From the IMG/VR virus record IMGVR_UViG_3300032219_002522, positions 51,840 to 115,839 of that record: a DNA stretch of 64,000 nucleotides; one strand, given 5' to 3'. The DNA comes from a virus. Taxonomy: Duplodnaviria > Caudoviricetes. This document shows positions 26,170 to 37,340 of the stretch, one piece after another (the stretch's first letter is position 1; each line of letters starts with the position of its first letter). Below the pieces are notes generated by a model, which was not told the DNA's origin, did no database searches, and worked only from the letters and a program-made list of their open reading frames with translations. The position numbers and the translations under genes were made by a program.

Positions 26170-26598
26170 ATGGCAGAAATATATCCAGCAGGTACAGAAT
26201 CAATAAGAAATCTCACACCAACATTTAACTATTTTCTTGTTGTTAAAGGTGATTCGATAGCAGACGATATACCACAGAAAGAATATTTTGTTTACAGATT
26301 TAAAGTTCCTGTTAATAAAAAGGATGGAATCTCGCAGCTTAAGAAGTATTTCAAATTTGTAACTGCATCTCTTGTTTATGAATGTAGAGAACTTTCAGAT
26401 CTTGAGTATGCAACCGGTGATTTTTACCATCCGGATTATACAAATTCTTTTAAACAACAGCTAAGATTTAAAATGAGGGAAATTCCTATCTATATACAAT
26501 CACAGATAAGAGTTATAAATTTAGAAAAGGATCCTTACCAATATGGAAGTAAACCAATAATAAGGGATAAAACTTCGGTAATACTAGATAACAATTAA
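26170..26598 (+). CDS. Hypothetical late protein
   Basis: ORF track; GATATATA at 26158-26165. Confidence 0.7.
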   Translation: MAEIYPAGTESIRNLTPTFNYFLVVKGDSIADDIPQKEYFVYRFKVPVNKKDGISQLKKYFKFVTASLVYECRELSDLEYATGDFYHPDYTNSFKQQLRFKMREIPIYIQSQIRVINLEKDPYQYGSKPIIRDKTSVILDNN

Positions 26599-26600
26599 TA

Positions 26601-27437
26601 ATGAATTTTTTAGAGAAATATAACACGGATGACGTATTTTTTAGAGGGATAATAATAGGTCTTTTAAGTAAACTAAATGAAGTTATAACATACGAACAGG
26701 TTGATAGCGAACAAAATGTTTCTAAGATCTTTATACCATTTTTCTACTCTATGGTAGGCGACGAACCTTTTCTACAGGATTTTTACCTGTCTTACGAGGA
26801 TTGTGATGGTAAGCCTGCTTTTGCGGAAGGAAATTACGATGTAATACCAAGAGGTATTTTAGAAATGGGTTCTATAAGAATAGACACAGGGTCAGCAACT
26901 ACTAAATTTGTTAGGGGATCTTATACTAAGGAGATAGAGAAAGAGAATGGAAGTGAGATGGTTACTTATTCTTCTTATTTTTACCCAATTCCTCTAGGAA
27001 TATCGGTAAACGCAAAAATAAAAGCTGATACAACTCTAGACGCTTTTAAAATACAGCAAAGCGTATTGGAAATAATATATAAAAGATTCGTTTATTATTT
27101 TTACTATAAAGGATTTAGAATACCTGTTCAGGTTAGTTTAGGTGATGCACCACCAGATAAACAGCCCAACAACTTCCAGATGTCATATGGATCTCAAAGA
27201 GGTGAAGCAATAACCCTAAGCTTTTCTATGGAGCTAGAAACATATTTACCAGATATAGATCAAACAACCGAAAGATTTAGAGGTAATCTAATGCAAGGAG
27301 GTATAAAACTTAATGTTGAATTAGGAACAACACCTCCCGACAATAGCACAATAATATCTGGACTAGGAATATATGATATAAGAAAGGACATAACAGGTGC
27401 AACTGGTGCAACTGGTGAAGCTCCTTCTAATCCTTAA
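26601..27437 (+). CDS. Tail terminator / sheath stabiliser (gp15-like)
   Basis: IPFFY, IPRG and FSMELETYLP pattern; position in the neck module. Confidence 0.55.
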   Translation: MNFLEKYNTDDVFFRGIIIGLLSKLNEVITYEQVDSEQNVSKIFIPFFYSMVGDEPFLQDFYLSYEDCDGKPAFAEGNYDVIPRGILEMGSIRIDTGSATTKFVRGSYTKEIEKENGSEMVTYSSYFYPIPLGISVNAKIKADTTLDAFKIQQSVLEIIYKRFVYYFYYKGFRIPVQVSLGDAPPDKQPNNFQMSYGSQRGEAITLSFSMELETYLPDIDQTTERFRGNLMQGGIKLNVELGTTPPDNSTIISGLGIYDIRKDITGATGATGEAPSNP

Positions 27438-27751
27438 GAATTTAGAGGTCTATCCTCTGTATTTTCCTCTACTACTTCTTTAGCAGCTTCTTCCATTTCA
27501 GAAACTCCAGAATCTTTAGATTTTCTGTAACCTAAAAGAGCTGCACCTATAGATACAAGTATGATAGACTGAGTTAAGATATCAACGCTCTTATCTAAGA
27601 ACATTTTATCTATACATCCAAATAGAAAGCATATACCTCCTATAAAAACCACATAAAGTCCTGCTGTACCGCTTCCTGAGGTTTTTCCGTCTGAATTAGA
27701 AGTAAGTTGTGCAAAACTAAATCTCTCCATAGCGGCTCTGAATTTTTTCAT
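27434..27751 (-). CDS. Small two-TM membrane protein (holin-like candidate)
   Basis: Two hydrophobic helices and a charged C-terminal tail; second ATG chosen as start. Confidence 0.55.
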   Translation of the reverse strand: MKKFRAAMERFSFAQLTSNSDGKTSGSGTAGLYVVFIGGICFLFGCIDKMFLDKSVDILTQSIILVSIGAALLGYRKSKDSGVSEMEEAAKEVVEENTEDRPLNS

Positions 27752-27790
27752 ATTGTTTTTTCTGATATATATTAAAAACATAGCTCCAAA

Positions 27791-29980
27791 ATGGCAGATA
27801 GCCCGATAGATTTTTCTGCAATAGGTAATTATAGAATTATATCCTGGTCAGAACCATTCAAAAATGTACAATCTTTTAATGGATGGGTAATAGATACTAG
27901 TGGGGAAGATCCACCTCACATATATCTATACTTAGAATATCGGTGGAGTATAAACGGATCTAATTGGTCTTTATGGGCTCCTCTAACACAACAATCTATT
28001 TCAAGTATTCCTATTTCACCAGACAATCCCTTCTGGATAGAGGTAAGATTGACCGCCGTATCTGATGAAGATTCTAGTCCTTACTATCCACCGGGAACTT
28101 CTTTAAGTCCTTCGATAGTTTTACTAGATTTCGAACTTGATTTACAATATAAAAGTGTAGACCCTAGAGACTTGATGAGTGCTCCTCCTGCTCCTCTATG
28201 TAGTAGAGAGCTAACAAATTATCCTATAGTTTTTTCTGATTGTGATTTTACTTTTAGACCGTATGATATTAACAGATCTATAAACATGTATCAGGATCTA
28301 AGCAAAATAGTAAATAATGTATTTGGACACGAGGTTGTTTACTATTCTGTACAACCACAAGGAAGAGGAAGAGACGTAGTTCTTAAGGAGTACAATATAT
28401 TTAATGTTGTAGATGAAAAATGTGTTAAGGTCATGGTACCTAATAACCAGTTTCCTGATGCTGCTTTAACATTCGATTCGTGGGGATTAAACTTTAATCA
28501 GCCTTTTGAAATCCATATAGATAGAAAATATTTCGAAGGGATATTTGGAAAAGGCTCTCAGCCAAGAAAAAGAGATATAATCTATTTTCCAATAACTAAT
28601 AGAATTTATCAGATAGATTCAATGTATGTATTTAGAGATATTAATAATTATCCAGTATATTTCAAAGTGCAATTAACTAAATACGAAGTTAAGAAAAATA
28701 CAACTTTCTTAGATCCACAGGCAGAATCTGATTTATTAGATTACACTGTTAATACTAAAGAATTGTTTGGTGAAGAGGTTAAAAACGAAGAGATAGAATT
28801 AACCAAACCACAACAGTATGCTATCACATCACAAAGAAGATTAGAAGATCCTATAAGATCTTATATAAATAAAGATCTCCCTATAATAGAATATGACCTT
28901 AATAATAACTGGACAATAGTTTTTAATAATTATTACGATCTGGATAAAATATTTATAGATGCCCAAGGACAAGTAGATCCTGCATCCCCAGCACTATTAG
29001 TGATAGAAAGAGATGCAGTAAGATGGAAAGCGGATCCTGTTTTAACCGAAAACGAGGAGAGGTCATTTCTTTGTTGGTTTAGGATAAGAAATTACTTAGA
29101 TAGAAGTAAGTTAGTTCCTAAGCCCGCTCCTAAAATACCAATTACTATAGATAATATAGGAACGGGACAGATAACATATAGCACTTATCCTATTGTTCAT
29201 AAATTATCCGTGGGAGAAAATCCCAACGGATTTGTCTCCATACTAGCAGATGGAAATAGATCTGGAGGATTTGAATTATTATCTGTAGACGATCAATTTA
29301 GATTTACAATTAAAGATGAAGGAGCCGCTGCTCCAATAACAACTGCGGGATGGAAAATGCAAAAAGCACAATCTAGAATATTGTTTGATGGCTATTATAA
29401 CGGCCAAGGAATAATGATAGATATAATATGGAGCGGATCTAATGCGGTTACAAGTCCAACAGATAACAGCTATTTGCAAGCTGGTAGTATAAGAGTTATG
29501 ATAAATAATCTGGAGATACTATCTCCTTTTGGAGCAGGAATACCTAGTACAATAGGAGAATTTATACCAACAACCGATGATTGGTATGGGTTCGTGTTTA
29601 ATTTCTCTAATATATTTAGACAATACTCGATAAAAGTTTGGAGATTAACATACGATCCAGATAACCCCGCAACACAAACTTCCGATCTAAGTCTAGTCCA
29701 TTCATTAGATGGCGTTACAACACAGGCTTATACTTTTGATATACCTCCAGTAATAGAAGAAGATTATGATAGTCCTTTTTACGGAACTAATAATTATTCT
29801 TACAAAACTAGATCGTGTCCATTATGGGCAACTAATTATAGATTTTTTAAACAAATGGTAGAAGAGGAGAAACAGTCAACAATGCTTAACCAAAATATAG
29901 TTGGTGATGCACAATTAGCAATTATTATAGATAATGCTAAACCTGTACTGAAACTTCCAAAAGTTGCCAGAAACAGATAA
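27791..29980 (+). CDS. Neck/head-closure protein (gp14-like core with extensions)
   Basis: FGHEVVYY...VLKEY...FEIHID...PRKRDIIYFPITNRIYQI. Confidence 0.6.
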   Translation: MADSPIDFSAIGNYRIISWSEPFKNVQSFNGWVIDTSGEDPPHIYLYLEYRWSINGSNWSLWAPLTQQSISSIPISPDNPFWIEVRLTAVSDEDSSPYYPPGTSLSPSIVLLDFELDLQYKSVDPRDLMSAPPAPLCSRELTNYPIVFSDCDFTFRPYDINRSINMYQDLSKIVNNVFGHEVVYYSVQPQGRGRDVVLKEYNIFNVVDEKCVKVMVPNNQFPDAALTFDSWGLNFNQPFEIHIDRKYFEGIFGKGSQPRKRDIIYFPITNRIYQIDSMYVFRDINNYPVYFKVQLTKYEVKKNTTFLDPQAESDLLDYTVNTKELFGEEVKNEEIELTKPQQYAITSQRRLEDPIRSYINKDLPIIEYDLNNNWTIVFNNYYDLDKIFIDAQGQVDPASPALLVIERDAVRWKADPVLTENEERSFLCWFRIRNYLDRSKLVPKPAPKIPITIDNIGTGQITYSTYPIVHKLSVGENPNGFVSILADGNRSGGFELLSVDDQFRFTIKDEGAAAPITTAGWKMQKAQSRILFDGYYNGQGIMIDIIWSGSNAVTSPTDNSYLQAGSIRVMINNLEILSPFGAGIPSTIGEFIPTTDDWYGFVFNFSNIFRQYSIKVWRLTYDPDNPATQTSDLSLVHSLDGVTTQAYTFDIPPVIEEDYDSPFYGTNNYSYKTRSCPLWATNYRFFKQMVEEEKQSTMLNQNIVGDAQLAIIIDNAKPVLKLPKVARNR

Positions 29981-29983
29981 TTT

Positions 29984-30748
29984 ATGCCAAGAAGAAAACC
30001 AAAAAACCACAATTTATCTAAAGAACAGGAACTTAACCTTAAGGATAAATTGGATAGTATTGTACTAGCTGATGAAATGCTATCTGGGCTAGGTACCCCG
30101 GATATTCCCCCTATAAAGCCACATCGTGAGCTAAAGGTAGATGTTGTTAAAAGCGAGGTTGAAATGGAAGCAAGAGCTATTCTTGAATCCCTATCAAAGT
30201 TTTATAACGATGTGGAGAACATATCGGAAGATTCATACATTAAACACAAGCAGAAAATAGACGCTATGAGCATATCTACGATGGCTTTTCAGATAAGAAC
30301 TGCCCAACACGCTATAGCTAAGCTTATAGAGGAAATTGATTCAGGAAGAGTAGAGCCTAGACTTTTTGAAGTTTTAGCACAGCTACAAAATCAAGTTATG
30401 CAAATGCCTAAGAATTTTTCATCCTATATGACGCAGATGGAGAAAAATTACAAGCAGTTAAAATCTGAATCGGAGGAGATCAAAAAAGGAGGGGATATAC
30501 AGTTTGATGAAAACGGAAACATAATACAATCCAAAGAAAACGAGGATCTTTTAAAAGCTAGAGGAACTAGGAGTCTAATGGAAAATCTTCAGAATGTAAT
30601 GAAGAACGGAAACATGGTAAAAGATGCTGAAATAGTTATGCCTGACGACAGCTTAATAAATCCAAGAACAAAATTTGGGGGAACCTCGGATTTATTAGGA
30701 GGAGAAGATGACTCGAATTTTGAACTAGATGACGATATATTTGAATAA
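29984..30748 (+). CDS. Probable terminase small subunit
   Basis: PRLFEVLAQL helix typical of gp16-like proteins; immediately upstream of TerL. Confidence 0.55.
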   Translation: MPRRKPKNHNLSKEQELNLKDKLDSIVLADEMLSGLGTPDIPPIKPHRELKVDVVKSEVEMEARAILESLSKFYNDVENISEDSYIKHKQKIDAMSISTMAFQIRTAQHAIAKLIEEIDSGRVEPRLFEVLAQLQNQVMQMPKNFSSYMTQMEKNYKQLKSESEEIKKGGDIQFDENGNIIQSKENEDLLKARGTRSLMENLQNVMKNGNMVKDAEIVMPDDSLINPRTKFGGTSDLLGGEDDSNFELDDDIFE

Positions 30749-30750
30749 CA

Positions 30751-32559
30751 ATGAGTTTTGTAAAGGAAGATAAGTCAAGTAATTTCTGGTCGAGCGCTAA
30801 AGTCGAAAGATTAGTATACGACGCAGAAGAAAATGGTATAGACTATAAAGATGTAGATAATCCTTTTCATGAAAATGATCCAGAACTAAGAAAAGGTAAT
30901 ATACTTTTTGAATATACCGAATGGGAATTAGAAGAGATGAGAAAATGTGCGGAAGACGTGGTTTATTTTGCTAATAAATATTGCCACGTTATGACTGATG
31001 AGGGTATTAGACAAATATTGTTAAGAGATTATCAAATACAGATTCTAAATCAATATCAGCACAATAGAAAAAATGTATTCGTATCCCCTAGACAATCAGG
31101 TAAAACTATTACATCATCTATATTCCTATTATGGTATTTACTATTTAATTTCGAGAAAAATGCCATGATTATGGCAAACATCGGGGATACTGCAGCGGAA
31201 TTAATGGATAAGATAAAGGTTATTATGAAGGGATTACCCTTTTTTTTAAAGCCCGGTCTAGTCGTTTATAACGTAATGACTATGAAGTTTGATAACGGAT
31301 GTAGAATAATGGCTAAGACGACAACTAAAACATCGTCTATCGGTTATACAATTCACATGTTATACATGGATGAGTTTGCACATATTAATCCAAACTTTAT
31401 TAACCAATTCTTTAAATCCGTTTATCCTACAATATCCTCTTCACAAATTGCCAGAGTTATTATAACTTCCACTCCTAATGGAATGAATAAATTCTGGGAA
31501 ATTTACAAAGGAGCAGTTGAAGGAGAGAATGAATTTAATCCTATAAGGGTAGAATGGTGGCAAGTTCCTGGAAGAGATGAAGAATGGAAAAGAAAAGAGA
31601 TAGCTGCTCTAGGATCTGAAGAAGATTTTAATCAGGAGTACGGTTGTCAATTTTTATCATCATCTAGATTATTATTAGATTCCAACACTCTAAAAAGATT
31701 AAAAGGCTCGGAGGAACAATTTACATTCCGTGAATTATCGTCATTTGAAAAAAGTCCTATAGATTATTCTAATCTTCTATGGCATCCGAAATTCGATCCA
31801 ACCTCAATATTTGAAAAAGATGGACAGAAATTTTATATCTCCATAGATACTGCTAGTGGTGGGGGAGGTGACTATTCAGTTGCTAATATATTTAAGGTTG
31901 CTCCAATGCCAAGCAGTGCAATAAAAAATAAAAGATTCTTCGAAGACGAAAGTGATTTCTTCTGCTTGTTACAAGTTGGTATATTTAGATCCAATATGAT
32001 TGAAATAGATGAATTTAAAGCATTCTTAGAGATTCTTATAGTAGATGTACTTGGCGTAGACAACACAAGAATAGTTTTAGAATTAGATCATAAAGGTGAA
32101 ATGCTAATGGATAAATTGCTGGATTCCGAGGATTTCTTTGATGAAATGTTTGTTTACACTAAACATTCAGAAGCAAGTACTAAATTAAAGCCAGGTGTTA
32201 AGCTAACAGTAAAAAATAAAGAGAAATTCTGCTATGATTTAAAAATAAACACAAGATCCTACAGAATAATACCATCAAACAAGAATGGAATACACGAATT
32301 AGCCAATTTTGGTATAAATCCTAATGGAAGTTTTTCTAGTCAAATAGGTAAAGATGATGAAGCTATGACCCTTGTTAACATAAATTGTGTGTTCGACGGA
32401 GGAGACTTTCAAGAAACAGTAATGGATCTTTATGACATCATACCAGAAAAGTTTAGAAAAATGATAGAAGAAAGGCTTTCAGAAAACACAGAAGCTGCTC
32501 AAAATAAAACTAGCGATCTATCAAACTATACTTTCTTAAACGGACTCCTTGATTCTTAG
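30751..32559 (+). CDS. terL: Terminase large subunit (T4 gp17-like)
   Basis: LRDYQ, PRQSGKT, YMDEFAH, ITSTPNG, FNQEYGCQF, DYS, KDD. Confidence 0.95.
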   Translation: MSFVKEDKSSNFWSSAKVERLVYDAEENGIDYKDVDNPFHENDPELRKGNILFEYTEWELEEMRKCAEDVVYFANKYCHVMTDEGIRQILLRDYQIQILNQYQHNRKNVFVSPRQSGKTITSSIFLLWYLLFNFEKNAMIMANIGDTAAELMDKIKVIMKGLPFFLKPGLVVYNVMTMKFDNGCRIMAKTTTKTSSIGYTIHMLYMDEFAHINPNFINQFFKSVYPTISSSQIARVIITSTPNGMNKFWEIYKGAVEGENEFNPIRVEWWQVPGRDEEWKRKEIAALGSEEDFNQEYGCQFLSSSRLLLDSNTLKRLKGSEEQFTFRELSSFEKSPIDYSNLLWHPKFDPTSIFEKDGQKFYISIDTASGGGGDYSVANIFKVAPMPSSAIKNKRFFEDESDFFCLLQVGIFRSNMIEIDEFKAFLEILIVDVLGVDNTRIVLELDHKGEMLMDKLLDSEDFFDEMFVYTKHSEASTKLKPGVKLTVKNKEKFCYDLKINTRSYRIIPSNKNGIHELANFGINPNGSFSSQIGKDDEAMTLVNINCVFDGGDFQETVMDLYDIIPEKFRKMIEERLSENTEAAQNKTSDLSNYTFLNGLLDS

Positions 32560-32629
32560 AAGAAGAATGATATATACATAGAAAAAGAAGTCATCGGATA
32601 ACTTCTTATAATATAAATAAAAATTAAAA

Positions 32630-35600
32630 ATGGCAAAACAAGTCAAACTTGATTTATCCCAATTTAAAGCATCTGGTGTTTACACTTTAGAATTTGATGC
32701 TAGTGAGAACATTATTATTAACCCTTCTACGATAAGATTAGTGGTAGGTTATTCTAGCGTTGGACCTTTCAATACACCAGTTTATTGCCCGGATATTACT
32801 ACTTTCCAATCAGTATTTGGAGGAATAGAGAAGGCTATGGAAAAGAAAGGATCTTTCTTCCATAGATCATCATTGGTTTGCTTACAAAGTGGACCTATAT
32901 TTGCTCTTAATTTAAGACTTCTAAATAATACAGTAGACGAAAACGGAGATCCTGATTATGCTTCTGGAGCAGACGTAGCTAGGTACAGGGCATTCTCCAT
33001 GGATACAGAGGAGCAAAATGGTGCTAATGCAACAGGTGGATATTCAGATCCTTTAACAAAACAAGATAAATTATTATCTTCTTACTATAATAAAGAGAAA
33101 TTCTGGTTCCCAGATACGACATATTTATTAGCTACTGAGGATAATTCTGGTTCACAACCTGATACAAGAAAATTATTTAGTATCGTTAATATTGGACAAG
33201 GACCTGTAAGTATCATAGTAAGAAAATCTTTAGACTCTAGATTCCCTTTAAAAGGATTCGATATAACAGCTAGAGAATATTTTGGACCTGATAATGTTCC
33301 TTCTTATATGAACCAATACGATTATTTATCCGATTGGTTTATTGATGTTATTGCAATTAGTGGTAACTGGACTGATTATCAAGCTTTATCAAATGACCCG
33401 GTTTATAGTCAATACTTTACTTCAAAAGGATTTATTAAATCTCAAATAGATAATTTCTTAGCTCTTAATGGCGTTAATATAGCATTAACTGTTACTGGTA
33501 CAATAATTCCTAACTTTACTGATCAAAACGGTACTTTACGATACATTCAGACTCTAATTAATAATCAGACACCTACTACAGGTATTTTCTGTGCTGTTAA
33601 TGAAGAAGCTTTAGACGATCTTATAGACAACTCATCAGTATTCGATTTAGTTGGTCACCACCTAGTTGATGAGATCGGTTCTGATGCTGATATTAATTCA
33701 GTACCTAAGAATCTAAATTTCTTATCTTATAGCCAAAATTTATTTGCAGACTATACTTACTACAAAAATATAGACGGATCAACAGGAGGTACAGAAATTC
33801 AGGACGGTCTTTCTCCTTCTAACCCAGGAATGGACTTATTACCAGAAACTGGAACGCTTCTTATGGATTCGTTATACAATGCAACTGGTGACGCTGGTAT
33901 ACCTACTTCTCTTTGGGATACTTACAATCCTGCTGCTAGAGATGGCGGAGCTATTTACATAGACACCCTATTTACATCACCTTCATTACATGATGATCAA
34001 ATTACAACATTAGATCAGTTTGTTACTGTTTCTAATAATGAACCGGCATCTAAATGGGTACTTGGTAAGGTAACTTCTAATTTACCAACTCCTGGATATC
34101 TTGGATTTTATGTAGGAGATTTAGTTAAACTTAGAATAACAGAAGCTAAAACAATAACTAATTCTACATTACCTCCTGGTATTAGAACACAGGTTAGATT
34201 AAAATTAAAACATCCTTTAGTAGGATCTACACCTTCTACAACTTATGTCGAGCCTTATGACATTACTAATAAAAGTACAACAGCAGCTTATCAAATAGGT
34301 AATCCTGATTACTTTGATAATGATGATGTTTACTTCTCTCCAGATATCCCCGTAGGTACTGATTCATATCTAGCATATGAAAACTCCGCTATGTACAGAG
34401 ACTGGGTAAAAGGAAATATTGGTGACGGCGATATAGACTGGAAGGATGATACAGGAACACTTATACAGTACTTAAAATTTGAAGTAAATGTAGATAGAGA
34501 CGGTTACAATATCCTAGTTTGTAGAGCATTTGCTGATGATACATTCATAACACCAGAAGCTATAGCTACTTGGGATACAACTTACATTAGCTCTCTTCCA
34601 ATTGGAACTAATCAAACTACAGGAGAAAGCTTTAACATAGTATCTACAGCTGGTAATATAAGTGATTATGTAGATATTATTACTCAGCTTCAACCTAACG
34701 TGATAGAATTAACAACTGCTATCGCTGATTCATCAGGAATAAAAGTTGGGGATCTATTAGTTTCTACAGACGTACAAATCTATGACAATCCACTAACTGA
34801 AAATCTACAATCTAGATTAACAAGAGTATTAGAGGTTAAAACTGTAGCTTCTTCAACTTCTCCTGGAATTTACACAGTACAAGTTAAAACAGAAAGACCT
34901 ATTCAATTATATCCTGGTATTACTACAAGAGTTTGGAAATTTAAAAATATTCAAGAGTTTGTAAAATCGTTTAATTTCACATACCTTCCTGGTTCTGATA
35001 TTAAGGCAGCTTCTATGCCTAATGGAACAGACACAAGAATGAATGAAATCCTAGACGTTCTTTACAATACTAATCTTGCTAGAACATTAGCAGATACCGA
35101 TGTAATTACGTTCAGATACATCGTTGATACATTTGACGGGGGTATACAGCCAAACTGTAAATTCCAGCTTACTAAACTTGCTAAGAACAGACAAAAATGT
35201 TTAGCAATTTGTAACTTACCTTCTATGAAGAAGTTCTCTGAATCAATTGATCCTAGATTTACTTCTGCACCAACTGCAACAGATCCAGCTCCACTTTTAC
35301 AAGCTAGATACATTGCAGATGGAGGTAACTTAAGCTTAAATCCTTCGTTTACTTTCTCTTTACCAGATGAGGATCTAGGAGCTAAATTCTCAGGATTCTT
35401 CGCTCCTTTCTTAACAATTAGAGAAAACAACAAGAATTTGGATGTACCACCTTCACCTTACGTTTCTAATAACTTTATCCGTAAGTTTATTACAGGTGAA
35501 CCCTATTCAATCGTAGCTGGTCTTAAAAGAGGTATTATCTCTTCTAACAACTTAGTAGGATTAGAATATGACTTTGACTTACAGGATAGAGAATTCTTAG

Positions 35601-36031
35601 AGCCATTTGGAGTTAACCCTATAATTCGTAAGAGAGGTGTTGGTATAGTTATCTATGGTAACCAAACAAGCTACCAAAGAACAAACTCGGCATTCAACAA
35701 CTTACACGTAAGAGACTTACTAATCACAGTAGAAAGTGCTATTGAAGAAATCCTTTCTAATTACGTATTTGATTTCAACGAAGACAACGTTAGACTTGAG
35801 ATTAAAACATTAGTAGACAATTACTTAACTGGAGTAAGATCAGTTGGAGGTATCTATAACTACTTAACTATTATGGACTCTTCTAATAATACCCCTGCAA
35901 TCATCGATCAAAATATAGGTATTATCGACGTAATAATTGAACCAGCAAGAGGTATTCATAAGTTCATCAATAGAATGACAGTTACTAGAACGGGAGGTAT
36001 CGCTTCAGGAGGATTTATCCAATTTAGCTAA
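32630..36031 (+). CDS. Contractile tail sheath protein (gp18-like, with large insertions)
   Basis: SGVYTLEFD...GPFNTP; C-terminal VPPS, AGLKRG, GVNPI, IYGNQT, LHVRDLL, FDFN. Confidence 0.92.
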   Translation: MAKQVKLDLSQFKASGVYTLEFDASENIIINPSTIRLVVGYSSVGPFNTPVYCPDITTFQSVFGGIEKAMEKKGSFFHRSSLVCLQSGPIFALNLRLLNNTVDENGDPDYASGADVARYRAFSMDTEEQNGANATGGYSDPLTKQDKLLSSYYNKEKFWFPDTTYLLATEDNSGSQPDTRKLFSIVNIGQGPVSIIVRKSLDSRFPLKGFDITAREYFGPDNVPSYMNQYDYLSDWFIDVIAISGNWTDYQALSNDPVYSQYFTSKGFIKSQIDNFLALNGVNIALTVTGTIIPNFTDQNGTLRYIQTLINNQTPTTGIFCAVNEEALDDLIDNSSVFDLVGHHLVDEIGSDADINSVPKNLNFLSYSQNLFADYTYYKNIDGSTGGTEIQDGLSPSNPGMDLLPETGTLLMDSLYNATGDAGIPTSLWDTYNPAARDGGAIYIDTLFTSPSLHDDQITTLDQFVTVSNNEPASKWVLGKVTSNLPTPGYLGFYVGDLVKLRITEAKTITNSTLPPGIRTQVRLKLKHPLVGSTPSTTYVEPYDITNKSTTAAYQIGNPDYFDNDDVYFSPDIPVGTDSYLAYENSAMYRDWVKGNIGDGDIDWKDDTGTLIQYLKFEVNVDRDGYNILVCRAFADDTFITPEAIATWDTTYISSLPIGTNQTTGESFNIVSTAGNISDYVDIITQLQPNVIELTTAIADSSGIKVGDLLVSTDVQIYDNPLTENLQSRLTRVLEVKTVASSTSPGIYTVQVKTERPIQLYPGITTRVWKFKNIQEFVKSFNFTYLPGSDIKAASMPNGTDTRMNEILDVLYNTNLARTLADTDVITFRYIVDTFDGGIQPNCKFQLTKLAKNRQKCLAICNLPSMKKFSESIDPRFTSAPTATDPAPLLQARYIADGGNLSLNPSFTFSLPDEDLGAKFSGFFAPFLTIRENNKNLDVPPSPYVSNNFIRKFITGEPYSIVAGLKRGIISSNNLVGLEYDFDLQDREFLEPFGVNPIIRKRGVGIVIYGNQTSYQRTNSAFNNLHVRDLLITVESAIEEILSNYVFDFNEDNVRLEIKTLVDNYLTGVRSVGGIYNYLTIMDSSNNTPAIIDQNIGIIDVIIEPARGIHKFINRMTVTRTGGIASGGFIQFS

Positions 36032-36076
36032 TAAATTTGGAGACAATTCTTGAATGTAAATATATAAAATAAAAAC

Positions 36077-36649
36077 ATGGCAGGCTTACCACATTATACA
36101 AGTTCGAAAGCTTCGATTAACAAGTTCGAACCGGTTTTTCTTAACCAGTTTGAGGTTATTATTACTCCCCCTACTGCTATACCGGTTCAAGCTGGAAATC
36201 CAGGAAGCTCTAATATATTATTAGAACAAGTAACTAGAATATCTGGATTACAAGTAGATCAAAACCCACAGGAAATCACACAGCAATATAAATTTGCTAA
36301 AAGATATTATGCGGGTGCTGCTCCTCAAAGAACTGGTCTAGACGTTGATTTAGAATTTGAGATTAACTTGAATGAAAACAACTCTATGTATGTTTTTAAA
36401 ACATTACGTCAGTGGTCGGATTTAATTTATAATCCTCTAACTGGTGCAATGGGACTTAAAAAAGATTACACTGGAAATATTTTAATAAATGTCTTCAATA
36501 AACAGGGAGATATATTTAGAAAAATAAATCTAAGAGATTGCTTTCCAGCGTCAGCAATCAATGAAATGGGATTGAACTATACTCAAACTTCTATATACAA
36601 ATTGACTATGCAATGGGCAGTTGATTATTTCGACGACGTGTTTATATAA
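36077..36649 (+). CDS. Tail tube protein (gp19-like), copy 1
   Basis: EPVFLNQFEV...WSDLIYNPLTG...KKDY...CFP...DYF; follows the sheath gene. Confidence 0.85.
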   Translation: MAGLPHYTSSKASINKFEPVFLNQFEVIITPPTAIPVQAGNPGSSNILLEQVTRISGLQVDQNPQEITQQYKFAKRYYAGAAPQRTGLDVDLEFEINLNENNSMYVFKTLRQWSDLIYNPLTGAMGLKKDYTGNILINVFNKQGDIFRKINLRDCFPASAINEMGLNYTQTSIYKLTMQWAVDYFDDVFI

Positions 36650-36659
36650 AAATTAAAAA

Positions 36660-37238
36660 ATGGCAGGATTACCACATTTTACATCGGCAAAGGCGGCGGT
36701 ACAATTGTACGAACCGGTATACCTTAACCAATTTGAGGTTATTATACAACCTCCAGTTGGAGTATCTAGCGAGCAAGGTAACGGGGGAAGGAGTCTTCTA
36801 GTAGAAAACGTTTTATCTGTTTCAGGTTTAACTGTTGATAAAAACCCATCTGTAGCAGAACAAAGATACAAATTTTCTAAAAGAAGATATGCGGGTGGAG
36901 TTGTTGATGATACAGGGGTTAAAGTTAGAATAGAATTTGAAACTAACCTTAATGACAACAACAGTAACTACGTTTTCAAAACACTACGTCAGTGGTCGGA
37001 TTTAATTTATAACCCTCTAACTGGTGCTACTGGTATTAAATCTACCTATGCAGGAGGTACTTACATTTTAATATCTATATTTAACAAACAAGGCGATGTA
37101 TTTAGAAGAATTAAATTATTAAATTGCTTCCCTGTTGATCAGATTAAATCTTTAGACCTTGATTACACAAACGGTACTAGTCCTTATAAGATCGCTCTAT
37201 CTTTCAGAGCGGATTATTTCGAGGACGTTTTTAACTAA
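36660..37238 (+). CDS. Tail tube protein (gp19-like), copy 2
   Basis: Clear paralogue of 36077..36649. Confidence 0.85.
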   Translation: MAGLPHFTSAKAAVQLYEPVYLNQFEVIIQPPVGVSSEQGNGGRSLLVENVLSVSGLTVDKNPSVAEQRYKFSKRRYAGGVVDDTGVKVRIEFETNLNDNNSNYVFKTLRQWSDLIYNPLTGATGIKSTYAGGTYILISIFNKQGDVFRRIKLLNCFPVDQIKSLDLDYTNGTSPYKIALSFRADYFEDVFN

Positions 37239-37258
37239 TTTTATTTAACGTAATATAT

Positions 37259-37289
37259 AAATGGAGGCTCAACAAAGTCTCCATTTTTT
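37259..37289 (+). terminator. Intrinsic terminator
   Basis: AAATGGAGGCT-CAACAA-AGTCTCCATTTTTT. Confidence 0.8.
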
Positions 37290-37340
37290 GTTTTTTGTTA
37301 AAACTTAGAATGTTAAATTAAAATAATATGGACGAAGATT

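Noticed and set aside
20167-32559. Inteins or introns in UvsX, helicase or terminase
   Set aside because: Lengths are normal and no splicing motifs or frame interruptions were seen.
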